Of a stretch of 64,000 bases of DNA, positions 52,391-64,000 are shown piece by piece (the first letter of the stretch is position 1; every line of letters starts with the position of its first letter). Source of the stretch: Ionaspis alba (Eukaryota); contig CAXUUL010000014.1 in assembly GCA_964255285.1 (NCBI GenBank), positions 1 through 64,000 of the forward strand. Direction: 5' to 3'. The notes under the pieces were generated by a model, which made no database searches, had not been told where the DNA came from, and saw nothing but the letters and a program-made list of their open reading frames with translations. The translations under genes were made by a program, and so were the position numbers.

Positions 52391-53541
52391 TTATAGAGTT
52401 CCATGCTCAACCAAATATCCGCCATCAACTGGGAGAATCACTCCGTTCAGGTACTGACAGCAGGCCACAAACACTACTGCGCTCGCCATATCCATGTGGG
52501 TCCCAACTCTCCCGCTGCTGATGTCTTTAACAGCCGGCCAAGACTCTTCGTCCAGTGTGCTCTTGCCATTCAAACTGGGCGTGCCAGCGGTTATCTCCGA
52601 CGGAAATACTCCCGGTGCGATCGAGTTGACGCGGATGTGCAGCTTCATCCTTGCAATCTCCGTCGCAAGCATCTTGGTCACATGGATCGTCGCTGCCTTG
52701 GCCGCGTTGCTCGCAAAATGGTTGAGAGACGTTCTGATGAGGCCGTTGATGCTGCTGATGTTGATTACGCAGCTCTGGTAACCAGGGTGCTTGGGACTGC
52801 TGCCGCGGGCAAGGAGCGGGAGGAAGGCTGTTGTGACAAAGTAATGTGAGGCAGCGTTTGTGCGGTAGACATTTGTCCAGTCGTCAAAGGTGGCATTGGG
52901 ATGGTCGAAGAGATTCGCTCTTGCTTGGGACGCATCTTCGCCTTTGGGTTGCTGCGACGCGCTGTATATGCCCGCATTGTTTATCAAGAGATGTAGAGCC
53001 TCCTCTTTTGTTTCGACTTCATGAGCTAGGCGTCTGTGAAGAAGAACCTGTTAGATCGCTGTCCGAATTGCTGTAATGAGTAACAAACTGCCAAGGAAGC
53101 GTTTGTCTTCTTCTCCTGCCCCTTCTCCTTCGCCGCACCCTCTTACGTTCACCATCTCCACGACCAGCGCCTCGCGTCCTTTGACTGGGAAGTCGATCGT
53201 GATAGACAAGACTTACTTGATGTCTTCCTTGTTAGCCACATCGCCCACGAGCGGAATGATCTCGCCCCTAATATTCTGGCTGTACACGTCCGCAGCCGTA
53301 CGCAACTTGCTCTCTGTCCGCCCAACAATATAAACCTTTGCTCCATTGACTGCGAGAGCCTGTGCAGCCATCAATCCTATTCCAGTGGCCCCGCCCGTAA
53401 CCAAAGCCACCTATGTGGAGGGTTAAACTCTATAACGCCGAAATTCTTCTGCTGGAAACACCATACCTTGTGCTCGACGTTGAAAAGAGAATACAGCTCG
53501 AAGTCTGCATTGTCTGTTGCCATGTTCTCTGAGGTGGCCAT
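52391..53541 (-). CDS. Classical short-chain dehydrogenase/reductase lacking the catalytic Tyr
   Basis: LFNVEHK|VALVTGGATGIG, LINNAGI, VINISS, HFASNAAK, RVNSIAPGVFPSE and VDGG. Two introns. Confidence 0.9.
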
Positions 53542-54849
53542 AGACGTCTCGTGCTGTCTTTCGATGTTGCTTTCTGAGTGTGGAAACAATTCAAAAGCTC
53601 AAGATATGCTCCGATAATACGGGAAGGACCTCTGCTTTATATAGTTGACCAGCATGGCCCAACCAGTAGGCCCGAAGGCGCTGAACCTAAGCCTGTTTTG
53701 AAGTTTCACCATCATGCAGAGTTGGCGTATCAGTTCATCTGGAAAGAAGACGCTCTTCGTTCAAACCGAAAGAACGCTTATGACTATGCTATTGACCATC
53801 AGTTTGGTTTCTAGCTGGATAAGCGGGGTTTTGATGTTTTCGTTTTCCCCCCCAACTAAATGTAGATTACTAGAAAAAAGAATAATGAGCTAAACCCGAT
53901 GGAGATTAAGTCCTATGAACTCCAACGTCTTAGCAGCATCGACACAACCCTGATATGCTTCTACTGTTGCTCCGTCACTGAATCGTTGCAGTCCTGATGC
54001 AGTAAAAAGCAGACACTTTGGTTGTGGTTGTGAACCTTTAAGCGTGCAGCAAATGAGACGAGGTGCAAGGGAATAGCGGAGTTCAATCTCAAGGCCATCC
54101 TGCACAGGCTAGACGTCCACTAAGAGTATGCGGGCATGATGCAAAAGACTCCTTGCATTGAGCGGCTCACTTGAAGCAAAATGTCGTGCGGCTCGACTGC
54201 TCACGTCTGAACTCGTTGTTTCCTAGGCAAACCGATTGTCTCTTACGGGGTCGCCGTCAACTATTACTATTCTTTCGTTTTGAAGGTGTAATCCAAATTC
54301 GCAAAGGAACCACTACTGGGTATATCTGGACACACTCACCACGATTCTCGTTGGCGCCACGGTGTAGTCCTACAACATGATCAGTAGAAGCTTTAAGGAT
54401 AAGCTGGAGTCGCCCACTAAGCGATGGTAGACGTTTTGGACTGGCTGGGCCCGTCTCCATTAAAAGTTCCACATCTCTCGACGAACGATGCAAATGAAGA
54501 GAAACACTTGGAGGACCGGGAGAAGTAGGATGAGGTGGTAATAACGGATGAGAGGATTGGAGAGCCATACCACCTGAAGGCTTGCAAGGTAAGTGGATCT
54601 CAAGGCTTTCTGGAGTATGTTGCCTTCGATCTTCCGACTCATGGTGATTTCTGCCTTGCACAAGCGCGCTGAACGCATAATTGTGGGCATGGCTACTAGG
54701 TCGACCATATATGATAGTGTTTCAACAACTAGTATCAATTTCTTGCGACGCTGTGCAGTCTGTATCTATGCATTCCAGCGACGCTTATTCCGGCGATCGC
54801 CAACCAAGAAAACCCACCTTTCTATCTCGGGCTTTTGTACTATGGGTCA

Positions 54850-56272
54850 CTAGACAGACGCTGCTTCAATAAGGGTCTCGCCTGCACGCGTGTCAGTGTG
54901 AATCCAGCCATCTTTCTCCGAGACAGCTCACCTCCATCCGGAAAAAGTGTCTGGGCAGTATAGAATGTGCCACCCCTCCCAGCGAGGAAAAGAATTGTGG
55001 CTGCCATGTCAATCTCATGCCCGGCCCGGCCTGCAGCGTTGGTGATAGCTCTCGTCAATTTCGACTTTTGGTCGGGACCTGAGCCACCGGCGGTCATCTG
55101 AGAGCGATTGTAAGCGTGCCTGCCGTGATAGACTATTCTTATTGAGGCGGCTAGGGACTGGATGACAAACCTCGGATGGGAATGTTCCAGGTGCAATCAT
55201 ATTGACCCGCACCTTTGTCTGAGAGAACAAGTGCGCCAACATGCGACTCAGGTGAACAAATGCTGGGCAAACATCAGCCTAGGAATCGTGTCTTATCTTT
55301 ATCTGGCGGATTTTCCAACACCTACCGGCTTTTGAAGCCCCGTAGCTGATGTGGCCCCGCGTGGTGTTCTTCAAGAAAGCCGAGTTGCTTGTGACGTTGA
55401 CCACGCTAGAGGTATAACCGGGTATAACGTCACATCCTTGTGCCAATAGCGGAAGAAAGCCGATTGACATGAAATATCCTCCCATACAATTCGTCGTGAA
55501 GTTCTGTTGCCAGCTGACGGGGTCTGACTTCCAGAAATGCTCGGAGATGGCCACCGGATCCTGGAAGTCGGGAGCCGGATTTCCTGCAAACTCGGTAGCG
55601 TAGTCTCTTGCAATACCCGCGTTGTTGACAAGAAGCTGGATGCCGTTTGGCTCTTCGCTTGAGACTTTGTCCACGAGTTTCTTGATCTCGTCCTTCTTGC
55701 TAATATCAGTAACGATACTAGAACAACGTCGAAGTCAGCAGAAACGAGCTGGATGTCTCTTCCGGCCAAGGGATTTTCCTTGCAATCATGGGAGCCTTTA
55801 CGGGATGATCTTGCCAGGGCCGGTGTTGTAAAGCTCCATCACTAAGCGCGGGTGTTAGGACAAAGTGTACAGACGAAAGATTGGTCCCGCATGCTCGGTC
55901 TCGTGCACTGAGATTGGAGCAGTCTAATAAGGATACTATTATACCTACCAACTTTCAGCGCCTCCTCACGAAGCTCAGCGACGTAGACCTTCGCCCCATT
56001 GGATACCAATGCCTCGAAGTTCTAAGTCAGTCCATGCCCTTCCGAAGTCGAACTGTTCACAATCTCGTGGTGCTTCAAGTCTGTATTACCTGCGTGATCA
56101 TCAACCCAATACCACCTGCGCATGGCCATTAGCCTTGCGTTTCTTCGCCTTTGCGATTAGCTCCACAAGATTACTAACTTCCACCTCCTGTAACAACGGC
56201 AACGACGTGGGAAACGCAGAATATTTTTGAGCTCTGGAGGTCTACATTTGTTCCTGGCTTTGCGAATGCCAT
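54850..56272 (-). CDS. Classical short-chain dehydrogenase/reductase (multi-exon)
   Basis: MAFAKP..VAVVTGGG|SGIGLMITQ|..ALVSNGAKVY, LVNNAGIAR, SYGASK (YxxxK), RVNMIAPGTFPSE and FPDGG|ETLIEAASV*. Confidence 0.9.
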
Positions 56273-56652
56273 TGTCGCTAACTTGCGCTAACAACCGACA
56301 GAAGGTTCGGAGCAAGAATACCGTTGCTTTAGGTGCGTAGGTATTTGACTCAGCAATTGACTTCAGAGAGTTGAGGACGATATCTTATCGCAAGCAAATG
56401 ACTCCGAACACAATTTCGCGTTGGAAAAACTCCATGGGAAGCTGTCACTGCATTTGGGAGAAAAGCAAATGAGCCAACATCGACTTTTCAAGAATCAAAA
56501 TGCTTTTGTTTTGCTGCTTTTCTGTACTATGAAAGAATGGAAATGATGAGTTAGTATACTTTTCGTCAAACATGCCGAACGCTTTTTGACCTTGAGATTG
56601 GGTTTCTGCTATCCTGATAGGTCGACCTGAGGGATCCGATCCCATAGCTGCA

Positions 56653-58471
56653 TCACGAGGCATGAACCTGGACTCGCGTAAATTGCACCCAGAGTGCGTC
56701 CTCGAGTGAGCCTGGAGAATGGCAGCCAAAAGTCTCGGTGCGGACCGGTTGCGCAGTGAAGTTCGAAAATATCAATGCCAAGATGTATCGCATTACTGGT
56801 AAACGTTAGTCCCCTTCCTGTCGATCAGTATTTTGACGTGCGGCAACTGACGGTACTGAGACAGATTCGACCCCGCACACATCCTAGGGCCGCTGCAGAA
56901 ACCCCACATCTGGTTCTCGCCACTGCATTTAAGTAGCTTTCCATCGCTGTCCAGCCACCTCTCGGGTATCCACTCGTCCACCCGATCCCACTTCTTCGAA
57001 TCCCTGTGCACAAACCACTGGAAAGCGTTGACGCGCACCCTTGGCGGGATACCCTCGATACCAGCGAGCCTGACAGACGAGTTTGCAGGGGTAATGCGTG
57101 GGAGAGGTGTGCTGTTGGGACGCATGCGGAGGGACTCGCAGATGATGGCCGAGAGGTATGGCAGCTCGTCTAGCGTTGCTGCAGAGGGTAGGTGCTGGTC
57201 GTGTAGATTGAAGGAGTCCGAGCTCGACAGGTGGTGCATTTCAGGAGCAGCGGAGGCGATCTCTTCGCGGAGCCGGTGTTGCGCTGTTGGCTTTTGGGAG
57301 AGGTAGTAGAGGGTGTAGGCAAGAACGAGACCTGCAGGATGTAAGACAGTGGAGCTGCCCAGCAGCCTGGCGATATACTAGCTTACCGAGGACTTCCCTG
57401 GAGGATGCTGTATATGTAGGCTCTTAGTGCCTCGAACGCTTTTCAAGAGATCAATACTTACACATGTGGTCGAATAGCTCGCTGGCAACCTCAATTTGTT
57501 TGGAATGGGCATCCAGGTGGCTGGAGTCTTGATCTGTAGCGCCTTTCACACGAGCATAGACGGTGGGAAAGTCTGCGGGGTTTTCTAGAGTCGATCTTTC
57601 GCCCCTCCGCATTGCAGTGTCCGCTGCCTCACACATGGCCATCATCCAAGACTCCATCCACTTCTTCGAAGTTGATGCACGTTTTGGGACTAAGCATACC
57701 CCGACCTTCTCAAGAGTTCTTGTAAGTCGTGGCAACTCCTGGGGCCAGAAGCTCTCCGCGCAGTATCGGTTCTCGTAATGCTCAAGGAATGACTTGATAT
57801 CCTCTCCCTTCGTCAAGAATTTGGATCCATTGGACTGGCCGAAGAGGTAGGCGTTGACAAGATCAAGGCACATCGAGTAGCTGAGCTCGAGAAGCTCGGT
57901 CTGCTGGGATGTAAAGGCGTCATTTTCCATCCTCGGGACAAGGCCACCAAAGAGTATCGTCTCCGTGACGGCTGTAAGCTGGGGGGATGTAGAAAGGGCG
58001 GACTTCGCATACACTGCAGCAATGCGTCGTCTGTGCGTGCTGTGACTTTCCCTGGTCAGGCTGCTAAAGGCATTCTCCATCCTACACCCAGCATCAGCAA
58101 TGAAACCGAGCAAGTACGATGGATTCCATGACCTACCCATAGTAGTCAAAGAAGGAATACCACGGAGGCTTGTCAAAGCCTCCATGGTATACAGTCTTGA
58201 TCCCATCTTCAAAGCAGCTTACGCTGATGTCTTGGGGTCCGAGCCTGACGATTGGTCCCAATCTTTCATGAGCTTGCCTAACGACATGTAACTCCAGTCT
58301 CCTGTAACGTGTGACAAGAATCCATAGAGAACTCAAGGGCGAGGACCAATGGGCGTTGGGTACCTTGGCCAATGGGGAGATGTGCAGAGGATATACAACG
58401 AAATGGTAAAGCAAGGAAACACCAACCAATCCAGCCGCTAAGATCACTGCGTAAGAGCCTTGGAAACCCAT
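56653..58471 (-). CDS. Cytochrome P450 monooxygenase
   Basis: N-terminal TM followed by SPLAKVP, GPIVRLGP, ExxR (ESLR), PERW and heme motif FCSGPRMCAG. A 21-nt microexon at 57407-57387. Stop at 56653-56655. Confidence 0.95.
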
Positions 58472-59375
58472 AACAATGATGAATCAACGGATGGGCTACA
58501 ACTGTAGAGGAACAAGGTTTTCGTTCAGAGAAAATTAAATCAGCCTACCGTCCGCTTGCCCCTTATGGTGCTTCCATCCAGGACCAAAGAGGGTATTCGC
58601 ACCTAAAATTTCCTGTCCAATATAGGCCATATTAGAATTAGGGCTTGAAGTACATACACCCCTGTGTTAGTCCCTTAGCTGCCATAAGGCACATATGTAA
58701 ATGCGATCTTGGCTAGCATGGGGAAGTTGAGAATGTACCCTGTAAACAACATATGTAGGCCATATCGGAACAAGAATCCTAGGTGTGACTACATAACCTA
58801 TTACACTGCTTCAGAGATGTCCTGTTGTTGAGCTGTGCAACTCCGATCTCGCTTACGATGTGAATATCAGGGACAATAGTTCGCGCAAGCGTCTAGCGCC
58901 GATCACGATTTAGAGTTCTGACTGGGGCGTTCTGTTGTACTGTACAGTAATGAAAGTTACATGTAAACTACAAATCTGGTGTAAAGCCTTGGACTACGAA
59001 GGTGTCTTTCAACACTGCACCACACAGCTCCCCGGCATAAGATTCCTCGTAAGAGTACTACAGGGCTTTGACATAAGCGAGTGAGCTGGCGTGGGAGTAT
59101 ACCAGTGCCCACTTTTTCTCCCAACATTTCAAGCGACATTTGCGGTGGAGGGGCGTTTATCCTCACCAGTCGTAGTCTACATGTATGCTACATTCCCTAA
59201 TCAGCTTGGTATCAACCTACACCTGCAAGTTGCGAATCATATGACTAACGATTCGTCGATCGAGTGGTGATCAAGGCCACCATGGCATTCACATCTAGCC
59301 TACAACTATCTCTGATATCCCCACGCAACAAAACATCTTGCCATTACACAAAACGAGTTACGAACAAGCCAAAGA

Positions 59376-60665
59376 ATGGCAGTCAACGCTACTTCCAGCT
59401 TCAAACCCTACACCTTACATCCGATGCCGCCTCTGGTTCCCGGGATATCGGATCTACATCTCGCTCTATTCGTCCCTATTGCCGTCCACTGGCTCACCTC
59501 GGGGTGCTTCGAAATTTGTGAGCGAACCGGCTGGCTGGGGCAATATCGGCTGCATACAACCGCGGAGGAGCTCACGAGGAATCGTGTTACACGGCTCGAA
59601 TGCCTACGCGTGACGCTTCAATGTCAGGCAAGTCTATTCTTGTGGATTTGGCATTATGCAATACCTGATAAAATACAGGGCCTCCAGACACTCATGGGGC
59701 TTGCGCTAGGTATGCTTGGCGAGGGCGATGTCACGGGAAATGAGGACTACGATCTTGCTGTTTGGATCAGCAGAGTGCATGCTGTCTTTGCAGCACTCCC
59801 CACACTACTCTACCTCACTGGCGTCGATTTTAAGAAAATGGCGATCACGCCATCTGGATTCGGGTCTTTCCTTCCTACGATAGGACACCCTGAACTTGAC
59901 ATGCACAGCATCGAAGTATCGATAGGCACATTGCTGTACCGGTATATTGTACCAGTCTTCCAGCTTGCCTATGCACTGATTATCGCGGATGCCTGCATGT
60001 ACTGTCTTCATCGCCTAGGACATACGAACAAATGGATCTACAGTAAGTCCTGAGACCTCAACCAAAAGGTGTTCAGCACATTGACAAGTCCTAGAACATA
60101 TACACTCCCAACATCATAGGCTGTACGTCCCATATTCATGGGGTGGCTCGTACAATCATCCTGTCGATAGTTTATTCCTTGACGGTCTCAGCTATGGTAT
60201 CGGCTGTGGGGTTTCTGGCTTGTCAAACAGGCTGTCTATTATACTTTTCGCCTACTCATCATTCAAGAACGTAACTGACCATTGTGGGTACCTGTTCCCG
60301 TGGAATCCGATCCGCTCGGTCACAGGGACTGATGCCGGCTTCCACGATGTCCATCACCAGAGTTGGGGCTTAAAGGCAAGCTCTCGTGCATCCCACCCAA
60401 GCTGTGAAGGCTAATTTCGACCAAGACAAACTTTGGAGCCCATTTGGCTCTCTGGGATCGTATGATGGGAACTTATTTTGCCGATGAAAAGCAAATTTCA
60501 AGGCTTCGTATGAAGAACCGTGTTGCAGCTCAAGACCTCGTATCCGCACAGGGCGTTAGCACGGACGCAGCGGACTTGGTTCTCCCTCAATGCGACGAGA
60601 AGGCTCTAGGCGGAGAAGGTGGCGGTGACTCAAAGGCTGTAATAACCAGGTCTTTCTTGTGCTGA
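59376..60665 (+). CDS. Sur2-like fatty acid/sphingolipid hydroxylase (membrane di-iron), copy 1
   Basis: QYRLHTTAEELTRNRVT. His boxes HRLGH, HSQHH, YNHP, DHCGY and HDVHHQSWG. C-terminal WDRMMGTY. Introns 59628-59678 (GC-AG), ~60043-60094 (GT-AG) and 60376-60425 (GC-AG). Confidence 0.92.
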
Positions 60666-61492
60666 CGACGAATACCGAGTTGACAGTGGGACTATACCTA
60701 GCGGTCCGGTAAACGGAGACAGATGGCCTAAGTCTGCGCGTCAAATTGCAATCGGGTTTGCGATAGTGCATGGCCAAGTCCAGGCACGCCATGTTGATGT
60801 CTCATGCTATGTAGGTTAGTGATGAGTTCTCAAAAGTAACGCAGAAGGTTTTTTCACCACAGCGCTCACCCGTGATCTGAAAGAGCTCAGTCTAGTTCTA
60901 GCGTAAGAACATTCCAACTTGCAGGTGCGTCGTCTTTTGTTGGCTGTGGAGCATACATTTCACCATTGAGGTAATGTAATGTAGTAACGTGGTGCATGAG
61001 TATTGGCGCTACTGCTAGTTGACGATTCGGCCAATAGGCATTAGCGTGCGAGGACAATGCTAGGTCATATCATGCTCAAAACGAGACCCCGGCTGCACTG
61101 ACATGAAGCGGAGGTTGCGCCGATGGTGTCGAGGATATATATACTCTTGGACGTATCACCTGCATGGTCGCGAAGCACAGTACATCCTGAGGATGCAGCA
61201 GCATGCGGAGGTGAGGAGATCGCGCAATTCCCGCATGATTTTAGTCAGGCGTGGACGGCTTGCGCGATTGAACTTGCCGACCTTGTCAAAAGCTGCGTTG
61301 CTTGTTATCCCGTGAACGTCAACTCATCCTCCCTCATACAATTTTCATGTCCAAGCACCGAGCGCCTATTGTTGTCATAGGGTAGCAAGGCCGACATATG
61401 CCGCCGCTGCACTCGGGATCGATACGAGGTAATCTAAATGCTAGTTTGAGCGTAGCCCAAGGTCTCAAACAGAATTTATTGCATCCCGAGGT

Positions 61493-62586
61493 TTAGGACT
61501 CAACAGCTTCCTTCAACGACACTTCCAAACCAGTAAATCCTGGCCTGCCGTATCGCCGTAGTAGCTCCTGAGCTCTTTTTGTATCCACAATCTTCAAGTC
61601 CCTCGGTGCATCCTTGATCCTTTCGAATTGCCTACTGCCATCGCCGTAGCCTTCAGCGTCAATTTTCTCCATCAAAACCGCCGTGTCGTTGAAATTGAAC
61701 GGGCCCGCGAAAGCCAAAAGCCTTTCCCCTATAACATCCTCTTCAAGTAAAGCCGCAATGTGTAACAGCGCTGTATCTGTCACATTGACGTAATGTTGAG
61801 GCGGGAAGTGATTCCTTAGAAGTTTGAGCGTCTCCGCATCCCCTTCCCACATCTTCTTGTACCAGCCCCCTGTCGACGCTGGCTGCTCCTTGGACAAAAT
61901 CCTCCCAATGTTGCAATTTGGTAACACGGCATTGAGGACAAAAGCAGGTTTCTCTTCCTGCATAAAGCGCCAACACTCTTTTTCCGCTAGTGTTTTACTC
62001 GCCGCATATACGGCCAGCTTTCTGTCGTCGTTATAGGGCGGAGGTGCCCATGCGGCTTCAACGTCGGCGTCATTCCAGGAGGATACGTCAATATGGAACT
62101 TCTTGTTCGCTATCGGCGCGGTCGCTGCAGCGGATGAAGACGTGTAGACGAAGCGTTTGACGCTTGGGTTGCGCGCCGCTGCGGTGAGGGCGTTCTTAAT
62201 TCCAGACAGCACCATTGGTAGCACTTTATGCGGGTCCGGATTCAGAGTGAGGTCGGAGGCAACGTGTATGACGCCTGCACAGCCTGTCGAGCCTCAGCAT
62301 GACAGTGGTGAGCAGTGCGCGTTTGGAGTACAATCTGACCTTTCATGACCTCGTCGAAGGCACCGCCCGTAGCCATGTCCTTAACGATCTGGACCTCGAA
62401 CGCATCCTCGCCGTACTCCTCATCGAAGAGTGCGTGCATATAGTCGGCCTTGTAGGCATCGCGAACGGTACCACGAACACGGTAGCCGTGCTCAAGGAGC
62501 TGTTTGGCGATATGGCTGGCGATATACCCGTTCACGCCTGTGACAAGGACGAGGGATTCTTTGGGGATTGCTGGCATGGTCTTCAT
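61493..62586 (-). CDS. NAD(P)-dependent extended SDR, aldehyde reductase II/Gre2-like
   Basis: VLVTGVNGYIASHI, GYRVRGTVRD, G|CAGVIHVAS, VKRFVYTSSSAA and YAASK. One intron, ~62339-62287. Confidence 0.93.
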
Positions 62587-63014
62587 TATTAGCCTTGCAA
62601 CCTTAGGCTTCTCGAAGGTTATAAGAGGGTTGAATATTGAGATATGTAGAAGTTACTCGAAAAGATTCTGGCCAGCATGACGAGGAAACCGTGACGCGGG
62701 TGTTTTCTGTGACGTAAACCGCAGCCGATTACATTTATAGTACGTGGTAATAAGTATCTACACAGGTCCGTACACGCCAAGGATTAACTAGGCCCACACT
62801 CTCCCCGTGCCAAGGCATCAGCCCTCCTGTCATGCAGGGGTTTTAAACCGGAACCGATTTTGCCTTTACAACGTTTTCGCTACATACTGCATGTTGAGTA
62901 GACTATGAATGAGGAAGATGTGAGAGTTATTGCTAATACCCTATTGAACGGACAGTGGTGGAAAAGATGTCCGCAAGAGTTTCACGTGAGCATTACTCGC
63001 ACTGCCAATTGGGC

Positions 63015-64000
63015 TCAAGCCAATTTTTCACGGAGATTTGACTTCCTCCCCCTTTCCTTTCCAACCATCTCCGCTGCCTTGCGGTCCCGCGTATATAATC
63101 TAGATGCAGCTTCGGTGTCCGTGAACTCAGTCCCCAGAAGGCGATCCCAGAATCGGAAGTGAAGGGCAAAATTGTTCTGTAAGATATATTAGGAAGAAGG
63201 GTAGGAAGGGGATGAAAAGAGGAGTTACCTTGAAACCCCATCTCTGATGGTGTTTGTCGTGATAAGCAGCGTCGACTGAGGTAAAGAGATCCATTGGATT
63301 CCAAGGAAAGGTATATCCGCCGTGATCGGTACAAGCTTTTGCGGAGGAAAAGGCCGAGAATACCATACTTTCCCTCAATGTCATCCCGGAACCGATGACA
63401 GCAAACACAAAGGCTCCGACGCTGAGAAAAAGGCTCTCGATAGGGTCGTCATAGATTCCGCCCCAACTATAAGTCACGTTCAATCCATGATGACGGGCGT
63501 GAAAATGTTCTACACCATAGCATTGGTCAGTGATCTCTACAGACGTGATCTCACTTACTGTACAACCATTTGTTGCTGTGCTCTGCCCGATGAATGAAGA
63601 AGACCCACGTATCCGCTAGCCATAGAGCCACGTAGAGTCGTAATGCAGGTATCAGTCCGTAGTAAATGAGTTTAGCCGCTAACAACTCCGCCTCTTGTTC
63701 CGCTCGACCTGACGCGAAGAAAGTTGTGACAGAGACGGAGCGGGAAACGGTAGCGATGAGCGCCTTAACGTTAAGGCCAGAAGATGACAGTAAAGTAAGA
63801 ATCGCTTGTCCAAGAACATGCACTCGACTTGCCCAGATCGTTATATCGCGGCCTTCGTTACCAATTGTCTCTACCTCGGAGAATGCTCCGAGTACGATTC
63901 CAAGACCGGTCTGTAAAATCTAAGGCTTGGAGATTAGGCCAGCTAAAGGCAATGGAAGCAAGTTATAACGTACCTGCACTAAAAGTACGCCACGGAGACA
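63015..64000 (-). CDS. Sur2-like fatty acid/sphingolipid hydroxylase, copy 2 (5' end beyond the window)
   Basis: VLLVQ|ILQTGLG. His boxes HRAEH, HARHH, DHGGY and HDKHHQRWGFK|NNF..FWDRLLGT. Three introns at the same positions as in copy 1. Stop at 63015-63017. Confidence 0.9.

Noticed and set aside
54257..54853. Hydrophobic short ORFs between the two SDRs
   Set aside because: They overlap the presumed 3' UTR and promoter, and no family signature is visible.
1..64000. tRNA, rRNA, CRISPR arrays and intact transposons
   Set aside because: None recognised by eye. A tRNAscan-SE/Rfam/RepeatModeler run would be needed to exclude small RNAs and relics.

Overview
This is fungal (Pezizomycotina, probably Eurotiomycetes; inference) intron-containing genomic DNA with two parts. 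Positions 1 to ~37.8 kb are gene-dense core genome: a partial hypothetical gene, an Aro80-type Zn2Cys6 factor, CHS7, a 53-aa Cys/His micro-ORF, a Slx5/Rfp-like SIM-RING protein, PRP19, a DUF4604 protein, a GT15 (KRE2/KTR) mannosyltransferase, an 898-aa unknown, YRB1, SWD2, a WDR44-like protein, a hypothetical, OHCU decarboxylase and an ADF-H/PH-like protein. From ~38 kb to the right edge it is accessory-looking. A nonsense-riddled pseudogene is followed by a candidate biosynthetic cluster: an SLC18/VMAT-like MFS transporter, a monomodular C(remnant)-A-T-R NRPS-like reductase, two SDRs, a P450 with an atypical I-helix, two paralogous Sur2-like di-iron lipid hydroxylases and an aldehyde-reductase-II-like SDR. 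The cluster runs off the window. It is the best candidate for an undescribed system, possibly making a hydroxylated N-acyl amino-alcohol or sphingolipid-like product (inference). It also carries three GC-AG introns and several catalytic-motif substitutions. All family calls come from motif recognition by eye, with no database search.
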